Below, one piece after another: positions 9,154-19,770 of a stretch of DNA of 54,128 nucleotides. The stretch is from an uncultured Oscillospiraceae bacterium (GTDB taxonomy: Bacteria; Bacillota; Clostridia; Saccharofermentanales; UBA5734): positions 20,759 to 74,886 of the forward strand of contig CAZOHH010000003.1 in NCBI GenBank assembly GCA_964579735.1, given 5' to 3'. Made by a program: the position numbers and the translations under genes. The notes below the pieces were generated by a model. That model worked only from the letters and a program-made list of their open reading frames with translations. It was not told the origin of the DNA and searched no databases. The number at the start of each line of letters is the position of its first letter. The first letter of the stretch is position 1.

Positions 9154-9399
9154 ATGGCGGAGCGCAAATCGGTCGCAAAGAAGAAGGGGTTCGGCACGGT
9201 TCTCGGAGCCCTTCTCGTGAAGACATATCTGGGCCGCATGGTGCTCACCCTCGTTGCGGCGGCGGTCGTCTGCGGGCTGGACCTTCTGGCTGCGGGCAAT
9301 GCCTACGAAAGGTTCTATTGGCTCGTCGGACTGGAATTCCTATTGTTCGCCGTCGCGATATGGGTCGTCTATATCGTTCGAAAGGTCAGAGAATCATAG
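9154..9399 (+). CDS. Small hypothetical membrane protein (81 aa, two predicted TM helices)
   Basis: Strong SD aaggagga lies 5 nt before the ATG. Lys-rich N-terminus followed by two hydrophobic stretches. No recognisable family. The 3' end overlaps the convergent prs by 14 nt. Confidence 0.5.
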   Translation: MAERKSVAKKKGFGTVLGALLVKTYLGRMVLTLVAAAVVCGLDLLAAGNAYERFYWLVGLEFLLFAVAIWVVYIVRKVRES

Positions 9400-10627
9400 C
9401 GGGGGTCTCTCCGGCAGGTCTTCTTTTCTGGTTCTCGAGAAGCTTGCGGATCTTCTCCGTGGGATCCATCAGACCGGCCAGAGAGGCATCGTGGTTGATG
9501 GCGTCGATGATGAGGGCCACGAACTTGCTCATGTTGACATCGATGAACCAGGGCGCGGAGAGCAGTTCGGGTCGGTGATAGATCAGGTTGGTCGACAATA
9601 CGCGCGATATGATGCCGTCTTCGTATGCCTGATTGAAGGACTCGACTCCGTCCGTGAAGAGGCCGAAGGTGGCGGCGCAATAGATGCGGCGAGCCTTGCG
9701 CGCCTTCAACTCGCGGGCGAGGTCGAGCATGGATTCACCGGAGGAGATCATGTCGTCGACGATGAGGATGTCCATCCCTTCGACGGACTCGCCGAGGAAT
9801 TCGTGGGCGACGATCGGATTCCGGCCGTTGATGACCTTCGTGTAGTCGCGGCGCTTGTAGAAGGTGCCGAGGGGGACGCCGAGCATCGAGGCATAGTACA
9901 TCGCCCGGGAGATTCCGCCTTCGTCCGGGCTGACCACCATGAGGTCCTCGCCGCCGAGAAGAAGATCGGGAATCCTGTGGATCATGGCCTTGATGATCTG
10001 GTACGTCGAGGAGATGTTCTCGAAACCACCGATCGGAATCGCGTTCGCGACTCTCGCGTCGTGGGCATCGAAGGTGATGATGTTGGCTACGCCGAGGTTG
10101 TACAGCTCCTCGAGCATGAAGGCGCAATCGAGTGATTCACGGGAATTCCTCTTGTGCTGGCGGCTTTCGTACAGGAAAGGCATGATGACGTGCACTCGCC
10201 GAGCCTTGCCGCTGATGGCGAGAATCGTTCGCTTCAGGTCCGTGTAGTGGTCATCGGGGCTCATGCGGTTCTCGGAGCCGAACATCTGATAGGTGCAGGA
10301 GAAATTCAGCACGTCGGCGAGGATGAAGATATCGTGGCCTCGGACGGTATGGGTAATCACCGCTTTCCCTTCGCCGGATGAGAACCGAAGGGTGTCCACG
10401 GAGATTCGATAGTCCGAGCGCATGAACCCGGGACTCCCGGATGCATGCCTGGGGTTCGTCTCCCGATACTCGACGCGGCGCCGATGCAGATAGGTGTTGA
10501 CGCTCTCGGCGAACTCGACGCTGCCGCGCAGCGGGATGATTCCGACCGGACCGACGGGTTGCATGGCATTGTCGCCGTACTGGTTGTAGAGGTAGTAGTT
10601 GGACTCGTTTCTTGGCGAAGTGGACAT
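9386..10627 (-). CDS. prs: Ribose-phosphate pyrophosphokinase (long, ~410-aa form)
   Basis: VIMPFLYESRQHK, ITFDAHD, PRPP-binding loop ILIVDDMISSGESM. The ATG at 10627 (second codon of the ORF) is preceded by a ggggg SD. Confidence 0.9.
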   Translation of the reverse strand: MSTSPRNESNYYLYNQYGDNAMQPVGPVGIIPLRGSVEFAESVNTYLHRRRVEYRETNPRHASGSPGFMRSDYRISVDTLRFSSGEGKAVITHTVRGHDIFILADVLNFSCTYQMFGSENRMSPDDHYTDLKRTILAISGKARRVHVIMPFLYESRQHKRNSRESLDCAFMLEELYNLGVANIITFDAHDARVANAIPIGGFENISSTYQIIKAMIHRIPDLLLGGEDLMVVSPDEGGISRAMYYASMLGVPLGTFYKRRDYTKVINGRNPIVAHEFLGESVEGMDILIVDDMISSGESMLDLARELKARKARRIYCAATFGLFTDGVESFNQAYEDGIISRVLSTNLIYHRPELLSAPWFIDVNMSKFVALIIDAINHDASLAGLMDPTEKIRKLLENQKRRPAGETPAMIL

Positions 10628-10729
10628 CAAAGCACCCCCTGGGTTATCGTATCCTCATCAAGGCAAGAGTGCCTTCAACTATATCAAGCGAGATTTGCGT
10701 CCGATTGTCAACAGGAAGGTAGGAAATTC

Positions 10730-11326
10730 GTGGATTTCAGAAGGACCCGACTCCATTCGGTCTCCGGTGACCTCGCCGGCCTCCCCCCTCCGGAACGTCC
10801 TGAAATCGTCGTGGTGGGCCGCTCGAACGTCGGGAAATCCTCGCTCGTCAACGCACTGGGCGACAATCGGACTTTGGCGCGGATCAGCTCGATGCCCGGC
10901 AAGACGCGTCTCGTCATCATCTTCGACGTCGACGGCCTGCTCTTCCTCGTCGACCTGCCCGGATACGGCTACGCCAAGGTCGCCAAGGAAAAGAAGAAGG
11001 ACTTCTCCAAGCTCGTGGAAGGGTATCTTCATTCCACCCGCGATCTTCGTATGGCCATCCATATCGTCGACATCCGCCATGAACCTTCTCCGGAAGACCA
11101 GCTCATGCGGGGTTGGCTCCTCTCCCGCGGAATCAGGACCGTCACCGTCCTGACCAAGGCGGACAAGCTGACCCGCATGCAGGTGCTGGAACGGCATGCC
11201 GCCATCCGAAGCTTCTTTGCCCTTGGCGAGGAGGACCGCACCATCGTCTTTTCAGCCGAGAATCGGACCGGAGTCGAGGAATTGCGCGGTATCATCGAAA
11301 AAGTGGTGAATTTGACGTCCATTTAG
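10730..11326 (+). CDS. engB: Ribosome biogenesis GTP-binding protein YsxC/EngB
   Basis: GTG 10730 after ggaaggtagg. G1 GRSNVGKSSLVNAL, G3 DLPGYGYA, G4 LTKADKL. Confidence 0.9.
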   Translation: MDFRRTRLHSVSGDLAGLPPPERPEIVVVGRSNVGKSSLVNALGDNRTLARISSMPGKTRLVIIFDVDGLLFLVDLPGYGYAKVAKEKKKDFSKLVEGYLHSTRDLRMAIHIVDIRHEPSPEDQLMRGWLLSRGIRTVTVLTKADKLTRMQVLERHAAIRSFFALGEEDRTIVFSAENRTGVEELRGIIEKVVNLTSI

Positions 11327-11412
11327 CTTCATTCGTCGTTCCATGTCGATGGTTCTCCAGTCATTCTCCCAAGCCGTTCCCTTAGCATGGAAGTGCGGAA
11401 GGGGGTGGGGTC

Positions 11413-13899
11413 TTGGCGTTCTTGGAATGGATCCTTCTGGAGTCGCGTCTCCGGCCCATGATTCCGATCGCGTGTGGCCTGTTCCTGGGAATCGTCGTCG
11501 GCTTCGAGGCGGATCTCCGGTATGCCGCTCCTTGTGCCGTCGTCGCAGGGGGGACTCTTTTCATGACCCGTCGCATGAGGAAGGAGCTGCGCTGGCCGGT
11601 GCTTCTTTGCATTGTGGCATTCGTCGTCGGGGGTGCCCGCTGCCTCCTTGCGACGGAATCCAGTCGTTCGGCTGCGAATCGACTGGATGGAACGACCGGA
11701 GTCTTGACCGGAGCCTGCCTGGAGAACGAGACCGACATGTCGAGTGGTGTTCCATTCAGTCGCTCCCTCGTTTCGATGGAGGGAGTCGGTCTTGTCCGCC
11801 TCGTCCAGCCAGGGGAGGGTATCCCCTACGGAAAAACGGTCGAGATCCCCGTGGTATTCGAGCGGCCGCAGTCGCAACGGAATCCTGGAGGGTACGATGA
11901 ACGGCTGCGACTCGCGAAGGACGGCATCTTCCTGAAGGCCATTCCGCAAGGCCCCGACCGCATCGTGGATGGGGCGAACACCGCAGATCCCCTTGTCGTG
12001 GCCGGATCGGACGTCCGGGACAGCATCTCGAAGGTCTATCGGCAGATTCTCCCAGCCCGAGAGGCGTCCCTCATGGCGGGCATGCTGCTCGGTGATGTAT
12101 CCGGCATGGATCCGAAGGACGAATCGGACTTTCGCCTGGCAGGGCTTTCCCACTTGACCGCGGTCTCCGGATCGAATGTCGCCTTCATCCTGGCACCTGC
12201 GGCGCTGCTCGCCTCCCGCGGGAGAATGACGCGACGCGCCAAGGCGGCCTCGCTGAGCCTTTACCTTGGCTTCTTCGGCTATGTTACGGGATGGGAGGCG
12301 TCCGTTACCCGCGCCATCCTCATGGCGGCGGTCGTCCTTCTCGGAAGCGTGCTTCTGCGAAAAGCGGATGCGTTGAGTGCGCTCGCCTCGGCTTGCATCG
12401 CGATGCTTCTCGTCGATCCGTTGACGGCCTTCGACAACGGATTCCGGTTGTCGGCACTGGCTACCCTCGGGTTGGTCGGTCTGTCGAAGCCGATTGGAAG
12501 GGGGCTGTCCTCGTGGATCCTCCTCCGCGCCGATTCACGCGGCATGCGCATCGCAACCGGAACCGTCGAGCTCCTAGCGGTTACCCTGGCCGCCCAGGCC
12601 GCGGTTCTTCCCGTGTCCATCCCCATGTCCGGAAGTCTCTCCGCCATTGGCCTTCTATCCAACCTGCCGGTGGTTCCACTTGCAGGTCTCATCACGCTCT
12701 ATGGCGGAGCTGCCGGCCTACTCGGCCTGATAGTCACTTTCATAGGAGGAGCGCAGGCCCTGTCGTCCCCGATCGTCCACCTCTTCGCGGAACCTTTGAA
12801 GGGGTTGCTTCGCTTTGTGCTCGACGTTGCCGGTTGGGCCGCTGACGTCGATTTTCTTCGATTTCGCGTCCCCGTGGCGACCGCCGTCCTCTTTCTCCCG
12901 GCGCTTTTCCTCTGTTTGCTCGCGGTTTCCATACCGCGGCGGGAAATCAGGAGGACATTGCTCCACAGTTCCATGGCGATGGTGTCCGCGGCCCTGATCG
13001 TGGTGGTCATGACAAGATGGTTCGCACCGGACGTCACGGTCGTCTTCGCGGATGTAGGACAAGGGGACTTGACCCTGATCGTCACCCGTGACGGCCATTG
13101 TGCGATCATCGACGGAGGACCCGGATCGGAGGATGGAACGGGGGAAGGTCCCTCCGCATTGCGAGGGTTGCTCGACATATACGGCATCGACCGCGTCGAC
13201 CTCGCCTTCGTGACCCATGGCCATGCGGACCATGCCGGCGGAATCCTCTGGATGCTTCAGAATGTCCGTTGTGGAACTCTGGTCGTGCCCTTTGGAATGC
13301 AGGCCTCGGCCGATGCTTCGATGGTGTCGGACTCCGGCGGAGGGTTTCCGGGTTCGAAGGAGGGCACGCAATTGTCAAGTCTCCTCCTCGACTCCGCGAT
13401 CGAGGCTGGAATCTTCGTGAAAGAGTCGGGTTCGAATGATAGAATGGAACTCGGCCGGTATGCGGCGATTGCGGTTCTATACCCTCCACCGGTCTCCGTG
13501 CCTTCCGACGACGCTCCGTCGACGGACGCCAATGCGAGATCCCTTGTCCTGCGGATCGAGTGCGGCGGATTCTCTTTTCTGGTCGCCGGAGACGCCGACT
13601 CGACAACGGAAGAATGCCTCATCGCGGATGGGCCGGTCTCCTCGGTCGACCTGCTCAGGATTTCGCACCACGGGTCCGCCTACTCGACCACGGAGGAGTT
13701 CCTGGATGCCTTCGCTCCGAAGTTCGCCGTCGTCAGCGTAGGTCCGAACCTATACGGGCATCCTTCTCCAAAGACGCTGGACCGGCTGTCGCAGGCGGGA
13801 TGCAGGACCTTTCGGACGGACCTGGATGCCGCCGTGGTCGTGCGGGTCCGGAATAGCATCGCCAAGATACTGGAATGGAATCGGAAAGGAAATGAATAG
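11413..13899 (+). CDS. comEC: DNA internalization competence protein ComEC/Rec2 with C-terminal metallo-beta-lactamase domain
   Basis: 828 aa polytopic membrane protein. Competence-domain motif LAGLSHLTAVSGSNVAF. MBL motif HGHADHAGG...ISHHGS. TTG start 11413 follows a G-rich SD. An alternative ATG lies at 11458. Confidence 0.9.
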   Translation: MAFLEWILLESRLRPMIPIACGLFLGIVVGFEADLRYAAPCAVVAGGTLFMTRRMRKELRWPVLLCIVAFVVGGARCLLATESSRSAANRLDGTTGVLTGACLENETDMSSGVPFSRSLVSMEGVGLVRLVQPGEGIPYGKTVEIPVVFERPQSQRNPGGYDERLRLAKDGIFLKAIPQGPDRIVDGANTADPLVVAGSDVRDSISKVYRQILPAREASLMAGMLLGDVSGMDPKDESDFRLAGLSHLTAVSGSNVAFILAPAALLASRGRMTRRAKAASLSLYLGFFGYVTGWEASVTRAILMAAVVLLGSVLLRKADALSALASACIAMLLVDPLTAFDNGFRLSALATLGLVGLSKPIGRGLSSWILLRADSRGMRIATGTVELLAVTLAAQAAVLPVSIPMSGSLSAIGLLSNLPVVPLAGLITLYGGAAGLLGLIVTFIGGAQALSSPIVHLFAEPLKGLLRFVLDVAGWAADVDFLRFRVPVATAVLFLPALFLCLLAVSIPRREIRRTLLHSSMAMVSAALIVVVMTRWFAPDVTVVFADVGQGDLTLIVTRDGHCAIIDGGPGSEDGTGEGPSALRGLLDIYGIDRVDLAFVTHGHADHAGGILWMLQNVRCGTLVVPFGMQASADASMVSDSGGGFPGSKEGTQLSSLLLDSAIEAGIFVKESGSNDRMELGRYAAIAVLYPPPVSVPSDDAPSTDANARSLVLRIECGGFSFLVAGDADSTTEECLIADGPVSSVDLLRISHHGSAYSTTEEFLDAFAPKFAVVSVGPNLYGHPSPKTLDRLSQAGCRTFRTDLDAAVVVRVRNSIAKILEWNRKGNE

Positions 13900-15046
13900 G
13901 ATGGCGAACAGACCGCCGAAACCTGCGGGGAACCCCTTGGACTCCATCCGCTTCGACCTGAAGGAAGGAACACTTGGCCGCGTCTATCTCTTCTTCGGAG
14001 AAGAGGAGTACCTGATGCGCGTCTATTCGGCCGCCATCGCGAAGAAGATTCTTGCGCCCGGTGCGGAGGGCCTCGACCGGATTGTCGTGGATGGGGATGG
14101 AAAGCCCTCGAAGGTCGACTTGCGGCGTCTTGCGGCCGAGGTCGGCACGCCCCCGTTCCTTTCCACGCGCAAGTTCGTGCTGGTGCGCAACTCCGGTCTA
14201 TTCAGCATGGATAAGAAGGGAAGCGGCAAGGAGGAGACTCCGATCGATGAAACGGACGATGATGAGGACGACGAGTCGACTGCAGGCAAGGACACGGCGA
14301 AGGAGCGCTCCGAAACCCTCGTCCGTCTGATCGAGCAGGTTCCCGACAGCGCCTGCCTCGTCTTCATGGAGAAGAAGATCGACCGTCGCGTGAAGAAACC
14401 ACTGGAGGCGATCGAACGCTGCGGTCGGGTCGTCGAATTCTCCCTGCAGGACCTTGGTTCGCTGCGCACCTTCGTGGCCCGCGAACTTTCCACTGCCGGC
14501 ATCGCCATCGATACGGAAGCCGTGGACTCCTTGCTGGTCCGGTGCGGCAACGCCATGCAGACCGTCGTCTCCGAAGTCGAGAAACTCCGGCTCTATTGCG
14601 CGGGGAACGGCACCGTGCGAGTGACCTCGGCGCTCGTCGAGGAGATCTCGATACCCGATCTGGCCGGCAAGGTATTCGACATGACCGATGCCCTCGGCCA
14701 GGGACGGCCTGGAGATGCACTCTCCATCCTGGACACCCTCGTCGCCCGCAAGGAACCCGTCCAGCTTCTACTATTCATGCTTGCCCGCCATGTGAGGTTG
14801 CTCATCCGCACCAAGGAGACGCCGGACCGCGATCGTCTGCCCTCCGTCCTCGGCGTGCCGCCTTTCATCGCAGGACGATATGCCGACCAGGCGAAGAACT
14901 TCTCCCTCGAGACGCTGGAAGACCTCCATACACGCTGCTTCGAAGCCGACTCGGCCTCCAAGTCGGGGCGGATCCCGGATCGCATGGCACTCGAAGCGGT
15001 CCTCGCGACCTTTCCGGTTCGAGTGCCTTCCTCGCGGCGTGCGTAG
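13892..15046 (+). CDS. holA: DNA polymerase III subunit delta
   Basis: Immediately after comEC, which is conserved synteny. VYLFFGEEEYLM..., winged-helix C-terminus. The start is 13892 or 13901, both ATG and in frame. Contains an acidic insert, DETDDDEDDEST. Confidence 0.8.
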   Translation: MNRMANRPPKPAGNPLDSIRFDLKEGTLGRVYLFFGEEEYLMRVYSAAIAKKILAPGAEGLDRIVVDGDGKPSKVDLRRLAAEVGTPPFLSTRKFVLVRNSGLFSMDKKGSGKEETPIDETDDDEDDESTAGKDTAKERSETLVRLIEQVPDSACLVFMEKKIDRRVKKPLEAIERCGRVVEFSLQDLGSLRTFVARELSTAGIAIDTEAVDSLLVRCGNAMQTVVSEVEKLRLYCAGNGTVRVTSALVEEISIPDLAGKVFDMTDALGQGRPGDALSILDTLVARKEPVQLLLFMLARHVRLLIRTKETPDRDRLPSVLGVPPFIAGRYADQAKNFSLETLEDLHTRCFEADSASKSGRIPDRMALEAVLATFPVRVPSSRRA

Positions 15047-15070
15047 GTCCTGCCCCGTGGACCTGCGAGA

Positions 15071-15100
15071 TTGACGCCCGCCACCACGCCCCCCTATAAT
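15071..15100 (+). promoter_or_regulatory. Sigma-70-type promoter for icd
   Basis: TTGACG (15071-15076), 18-nt spacer, TATAAT (15095-15100), 33 nt upstream of the icd ATG. Confidence 0.5.
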
Positions 15101-15132
15101 ATGTCGAACCAACCGACCGGGAGGTAGGATAG

Positions 15133-16347
15133 ATGCAAAGAATCGCCATGAAAACGCCGCTGGTGGAGATGGATGGGGACGAGATGACCCGCATCATCTG
15201 GCAGCAGATCAAGGATACCCTTCTGGTCCCTTTTGTGGACTTGAAGACCGAGTACTACGATCTCGGGCTCGAGAATCGCGATGCCACGGACGATCGGGTG
15301 ACCGTCGAAGCGGCTTTGGCCACGCAGCGGCTCGGTGTCGCCGTGAAGTGCGCCACGATCACTCCGAATGCCCAGCGCGTCGAGGAATACCACCTCAAGA
15401 AGATGTGGAAGAGTCCGAACGGCACGATCCGCGCGATCCTCGATGGCACCGTCTTTCGCGCTCCCATCGTCGTCGACTGCATCAAGCCCTTCGTCAAGCC
15501 CTGGAAGAAGCCCATCACCATCGCCCGTCATGCCTACGGCGACGTCTATCGCGACGTCGAGACTCTCGTGACCGGTCCGGCCAGGGCCGATCTGGTCGTC
15601 ACGTACCCGGACGGTCGGACGGATACGGTCCGCATCCATGACTTCGAGGGTCCCGGAGTCGTCCTCGGGATGCACAACCTCGACGGCTCCATCCGCAGTT
15701 TCGCACGCTCCTGCTTCACCTATGCCCTATCCGTCCACGAGAACCTCTGGTTCGCAACAAAGGATACGATTTCAAAGACCTACGACCACCGATTCAAGGA
15801 CATCTTCGCCGAAGTCTTCGAAGCGGAATTCCAGGAACGTTTCCTTTCTGCCGGAATCGAGTATTTCTATACGCTCATCGACGATGTGGTCGCGCGCATC
15901 ATGCGCTGCGATGGCGGCTTGATCTGGGCATGCAAGAACTACGATGGAGACGTGATGTCCGATATGGTCGCCTCCGCATTCGGCAGCCTCGCCATGATGA
16001 CTTCGGTCCTCGTCTCCCCGGACGGGAAATTCGAGTACGAGGCCGCCCATGGAACCGTCACGCGCCACTACTACAAGCACCTGAAGGGGGAGAGGACGTC
16101 GACGAATCCCATGGCGACGCTCTTCGCATGGACCGGCGCGTTGCGCAAGCGTGCCGAACTCGACGGCCTTCCCGACCTTTCCGATTTCTCCGACCGACTT
16201 GAAAAGGCCGCTTTGGAAACGATATCCGCTGGAACCGTTACCGGTGACCTGGCACCGTTGTGCGAACTCCCTTCCGTGACCGTCCTGGACACGAAGGGAT
16301 TCTTGACCTCCATCGCGGAGCGGCTTTCCGCGCCTACGACGAAATGA
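15133..16347 (+). CDS. icd: NADP-dependent isocitrate dehydrogenase (eukaryote-like ~404-aa homodimeric type)
   Basis: [56 protein letters not shown]. Confidence 0.95.
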   Translation: MQRIAMKTPLVEMDGDEMTRIIWQQIKDTLLVPFVDLKTEYYDLGLENRDATDDRVTVEAALATQRLGVAVKCATITPNAQRVEEYHLKKMWKSPNGTIRAILDGTVFRAPIVVDCIKPFVKPWKKPITIARHAYGDVYRDVETLVTGPARADLVVTYPDGRTDTVRIHDFEGPGVVLGMHNLDGSIRSFARSCFTYALSVHENLWFATKDTISKTYDHRFKDIFAEVFEAEFQERFLSAGIEYFYTLIDDVVARIMRCDGGLIWACKNYDGDVMSDMVASAFGSLAMMTSVLVSPDGKFEYEAAHGTVTRHYYKHLKGERTSTNPMATLFAWTGALRKRAELDGLPDLSDFSDRLEKAALETISAGTVTGDLAPLCELPSVTVLDTKGFLTSIAERLSAPTTK

Positions 16348-16372
16348 TTCCATACGATCACGGGAGGATTCG

Positions 16373-16876
16373 ATGATGTCCTACTACGAAGAATGGCAGA
16401 AGAAGACCGACGAAAACGCCGATGCGAATATCCGCGAGGCCTTCATCAAGAACTATTACGCCGAAGAGCGTGAGGCCTATGACCGGATCCTAACCGCATT
16501 CCCCGATACGCTTTCGGGAACCGCGAAGGACCTCCGCGATCGTCTCGGATTCACCGACCCGGTCGTCTTCGCGGGTTTCGTGGATGGCCTCAACCCCAGC
16601 CTGGCCACACCCGTTCCCCTCGAAACGATGGACGACGCCTCCATTCTCGACTTCGTCATCGACTACGAATCGCTGTTCTGGAACATGCACGAAGCGAAAG
16701 CGGATTGGCTTTACGAGCTGGATTCCTGGGACGGCGTCCTGGCCGTGGAGAAGCGCGACGATATCGTGAAGCGCTTCCGCACATCGAAGATGGCCGTCAG
16801 CAGCAAGGTCGGCAGAAACGATCCATGCCCCTGCGGCAGCGGACGCAAGTACAAGGTCTGCTGCGGGAAGTCCTGA
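16373..16876 (+). CDS. SEC-C metal-binding motif protein (167 aa)
   Basis: The C-terminus [21 protein letters not shown] is a canonical SEC-C zinc motif. The N-terminal 140 aa are acidic, and I cannot assign them to a family. Confidence 0.7.
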   Translation: MMSYYEEWQKKTDENADANIREAFIKNYYAEEREAYDRILTAFPDTLSGTAKDLRDRLGFTDPVVFAGFVDGLNPSLATPVPLETMDDASILDFVIDYESLFWNMHEAKADWLYELDSWDGVLAVEKRDDIVKRFRTSKMAVSSKVGRNDPCPCGSGRKYKVCCGKS

Positions 16877-16899
16877 AGAGGGACGTGAAGGAGGCACCC

Positions 16900-18300
16900 A
16901 TGGCGAGGGACCTGGTTCGAGTCAAGGAACTGTATCGCAATCCGACGGATTTCGAAGGTCGTACGATCAAGGTCGGCGGTTGGATTCGGACCGTACGCGA
17001 CCAGAAGAGATTCGGCTTCATGGAACTCAACGACGGCACGTTCTTCAAGAGCCTTCAGGTCGTATTCGAGGAAGGCGGCATCGAGGATTATGCGGCCGCT
17101 GCCTCTCTCGGCACCGGCGCTGCGATCATCGTGACCGGCCGCCTCGTCCCGACTCCGGATGCCCGCCAACCCTTCGAACTCAAGGCCGACAGAATCGAGG
17201 TCGAAGGCCCCTGCCCACCGGATTACCCGCTGCAGCCGAAACGCCATAGCGTGGAGTTCCTGAGGACCCTTCCGCACCTCCGCCCCCGAACCAACCTGTT
17301 CTCGGCCGTCTTCCGCGTCCGATCCATCACCGCATTCGCGATCCATCGCTTCTTCCAGGATCGCGGCTTCGTCTACGTCCACACTCCCATCATCACCACC
17401 AGCGATGCCGAGGGCGCTGGACAGATGTTCAAGGTGACCACGCTCGATATTGGAAACCCACCGAGGAAGCCTGACGGGAACGTGGACTTCACGGAGGATT
17501 TCTTTGGAAAGCCCACCCATCTCACCGTCAGTGGACAACTGAACGTCGAAAGTCATTGCATGGCGTTCCGCGACGTCTACACGTTCGGGCCTACCTTCCG
17601 TGCGGAGAATTCCAATACCGCAAGGCACGCAGCCGAATTCTGGATGATCGAACCTGAAATCGCGTTTGCGGATCTGAAGGATGACATGGCTCTCGCGGAG
17701 GAGATGCTGAAGTTCGTCATCCGTTCCGTCATGGAGGAATGCCCCGAGGAGATGGAATTCTTCAGCTCCTTCGTGGACAAGGGACTCAAGGAACGTCTGG
17801 AAAACGTACTGCAGAATGAATTCGCGACGATCACCTATACGGAGGCCGTCGCCCTTCTCGAGACGATCAAGGAGCGGTTCCAGTACCCTGTAGCCTGGGG
17901 AGCAGACCTCCAGACCGAACACGAACGCTACCTGACGGAGGAGGTCTTCCGCAGACCGGTCTTCGTGACGGATTATCCGAAGGGAATCAAGGCTTTCTAT
18001 ATGCGCGTGAATGAAGACGGAAGGACCGTCGCTGCCATGGACTGCCTCGTTCCCGGCATCGGAGAGATCATAGGCGGCAGCCAGCGGGAAGAGCGCGTGG
18101 ACGTGCTCGAACTCCGCATGCGGGAGCTGGACCTCGATCCAGACGACTATGCCTGGTATCTGGATATCCGCCGTTTCGGGGGGACCCGGCACGCCGGATT
18201 CGGTCTTGGATTCGAACGCCTCCTGATGTATCTGACCGGCGTCTCGAACATCCGCGATGTCCAGTCCTTCCCCCGGACGACCGGCTCCGCGGAGTTCTGA
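16900..18300 (+). CDS. asnS: Asparagine--tRNA ligase
   Basis: ATG 16900 after gaaggagg. OB-fold segment [23 protein letters not shown], class II motifs [21 protein letters not shown] and [15 protein letters not shown]. Confidence 0.95.
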   Translation: MARDLVRVKELYRNPTDFEGRTIKVGGWIRTVRDQKRFGFMELNDGTFFKSLQVVFEEGGIEDYAAAASLGTGAAIIVTGRLVPTPDARQPFELKADRIEVEGPCPPDYPLQPKRHSVEFLRTLPHLRPRTNLFSAVFRVRSITAFAIHRFFQDRGFVYVHTPIITTSDAEGAGQMFKVTTLDIGNPPRKPDGNVDFTEDFFGKPTHLTVSGQLNVESHCMAFRDVYTFGPTFRAENSNTARHAAEFWMIEPEIAFADLKDDMALAEEMLKFVIRSVMEECPEEMEFFSSFVDKGLKERLENVLQNEFATITYTEAVALLETIKERFQYPVAWGADLQTEHERYLTEEVFRRPVFVTDYPKGIKAFYMRVNEDGRTVAAMDCLVPGIGEIIGGSQREERVDVLELRMRELDLDPDDYAWYLDIRRFGGTRHAGFGLGFERLLMYLTGVSNIRDVQSFPRTTGSAEF

Positions 18301-18304
18301 GGTC

Positions 18305-19051
18305 ATGCCCGTCCGGCCTCCTTTCATCCTCGCATCCGGTTCCCCGCGTAGAAGGGAGCTGCTCGCGCGCATCCTGTGCGAGAACGGATTCGACTGGTTC
18401 TCGACCGATTTCGACGAAACGGTGGGGGATGCGGACGCTTTGGACCCATGCGCACTCGTTCAGCGCTTCGCGGACGGGAAGCGGGAGCGCTGGACGGAAC
18501 AAAACGCCCATGGCCCCTACGCGGATTGTCTCGTACTTGCGGCAGACACCATCGTGACCCTCGACGGCAAGGTCCTTGGGAAGCCCGTGGACGAAGAGGA
18601 TGCCCGAAGAATGCTGCATCTCCTTTCGGGAAGACGACACGACGTACTGACAGGCCTTTCCCTTGCGTGGGTCAAGGATGGCTCCGCGCTCTTCCTGCTT
18701 CGCCATGTGGAAGATACCGCCGTCGTATTCGCACCCCTCCCGTCCTCGCTGGTGGACTGGTATGTCGCGACCGGTGAACCCTTGGACAAGGCCGGCGCAT
18801 ATGGCATCCAGGGGCATGGCGCTCTACTCGTCGAGCGGATCGAGGGCTGCTACTACAATGTCATGGGGCTTCCCATCCAAAGGCTGGCCACGATGCTCGG
18901 ACAGATCGAAGATATCACGGGGCTCTCTGGATTCGTCTCCCATCTTTCCCCGATGCGCACCGGATGCGAGGATGTCCGGAGGGAGAGCCCCAGCCATGGA
19001 CTTGATCCATCTGACCACGACCCGTCTGCCGGAGACCGAACGACCTTATGA
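18305..19051 (+). CDS. maf: Maf-like nucleoside triphosphate pyrophosphatase with ~50-aa C-terminal extension
   Basis: ILASGSPRRRELL, DTIVTLDGKVLGKP, DKAGAYGIQG, NVMGLPI. The ORF runs 56 nt into radC. Confidence 0.88.
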   Translation: MPVRPPFILASGSPRRRELLARILCENGFDWFSTDFDETVGDADALDPCALVQRFADGKRERWTEQNAHGPYADCLVLAADTIVTLDGKVLGKPVDEEDARRMLHLLSGRRHDVLTGLSLAWVKDGSALFLLRHVEDTAVVFAPLPSSLVDWYVATGEPLDKAGAYGIQGHGALLVERIEGCYYNVMGLPIQRLATMLGQIEDITGLSGFVSHLSPMRTGCEDVRRESPSHGLDPSDHDPSAGDRTTL

Positions 19052-19697
19052 AAAGCTCGAAGCCCTGGGGGCACCTGCGCTGACGGACGCCGAACTGGTC
19101 GCCATCCTCATTCGGAGCGGGACCCGCACGGAGAACTCCCTCGTCGTCGCCTCCCGCCTGATTCTTCAGGGAGGGGAGGGGAGAGGGATTTCCTTCTTCG
19201 CTGACGCCACGGTCGAGGAACTCCGAAACGTCCCCGGAATCGGCAGAGTGAAGGCCATATGCCTCAAGGCCGCCGTCGAGCTCGGGCGCAGGGCGACACG
19301 AGGTGGCGCGACACGCGGCGGAGAAAGGATCCAGGACCCTGAAACCCTCGTCGATGGGGTTCTCGATGGAATGCGGTTTCTGGAAAGGGAGGAGATATGG
19401 GCGATTCTCCTCGATGTCCGCGGACGTCTGATCCGAACGATCCGCTTTTCAGGCGGAGGTCTGGCCGCATCGGTGCTCCTGCCGCGCGACCTCTTCCGGG
19501 ATGCCATCCGAAGCGGCGCTTCGTCTCTCGTCCTTGCACACAACCATCCCAGCGGCGACCCTGAACCAAGCGAGGAGGACATCCACGCCACGTGCCAGGT
19601 TCGTGAGGCCGGCGACCTGATTGGAGTCCGATTGCTCGACCACATCGTGATGGCTTCGGGGGGAAGCGTCTCCATGAAACGTCGTGGATTGGTTTGA
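18996..19697 (+). CDS. radC: RadC-family JAMM/MPN+ protein
   Basis: LTDAELVAILIRSGT, HhH element L..VPGIGRVKA, JAMM motif LAHNHPSGDPEPSEED. Confidence 0.9.
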   Translation: MDLIHLTTTRLPETERPYEKLEALGAPALTDAELVAILIRSGTRTENSLVVASRLILQGGEGRGISFFADATVEELRNVPGIGRVKAICLKAAVELGRRATRGGATRGGERIQDPETLVDGVLDGMRFLEREEIWAILLDVRGRLIRTIRFSGGGLAASVLLPRDLFRDAIRSGASSLVLAHNHPSGDPEPSEEDIHATCQVREAGDLIGVRLLDHIVMASGGSVSMKRRGLV

Positions 19698-19770
19698 AGG
19701 AACCTGTGATATCGGGTATGATGATTCCCGGATGTCGTTCTCACGGCAGGTCCGAGATCAGGGAGAATCG

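Noticed and set aside
8262-9578. 438-aa ORF on the + strand spanning rqcH antisense, the small membrane gene and the prs 3' end
   Set aside because: It is out of frame with the SD-supported 9154 gene and crosses an intergenic promoter region. No motifs, and it is explained by GC bias.
16711-18372. 553-aa ORF on the minus strand
   Set aside because: It is antisense to asnS, whose class II aaRS motifs are clear on the + strand. No SD and no family resemblance.
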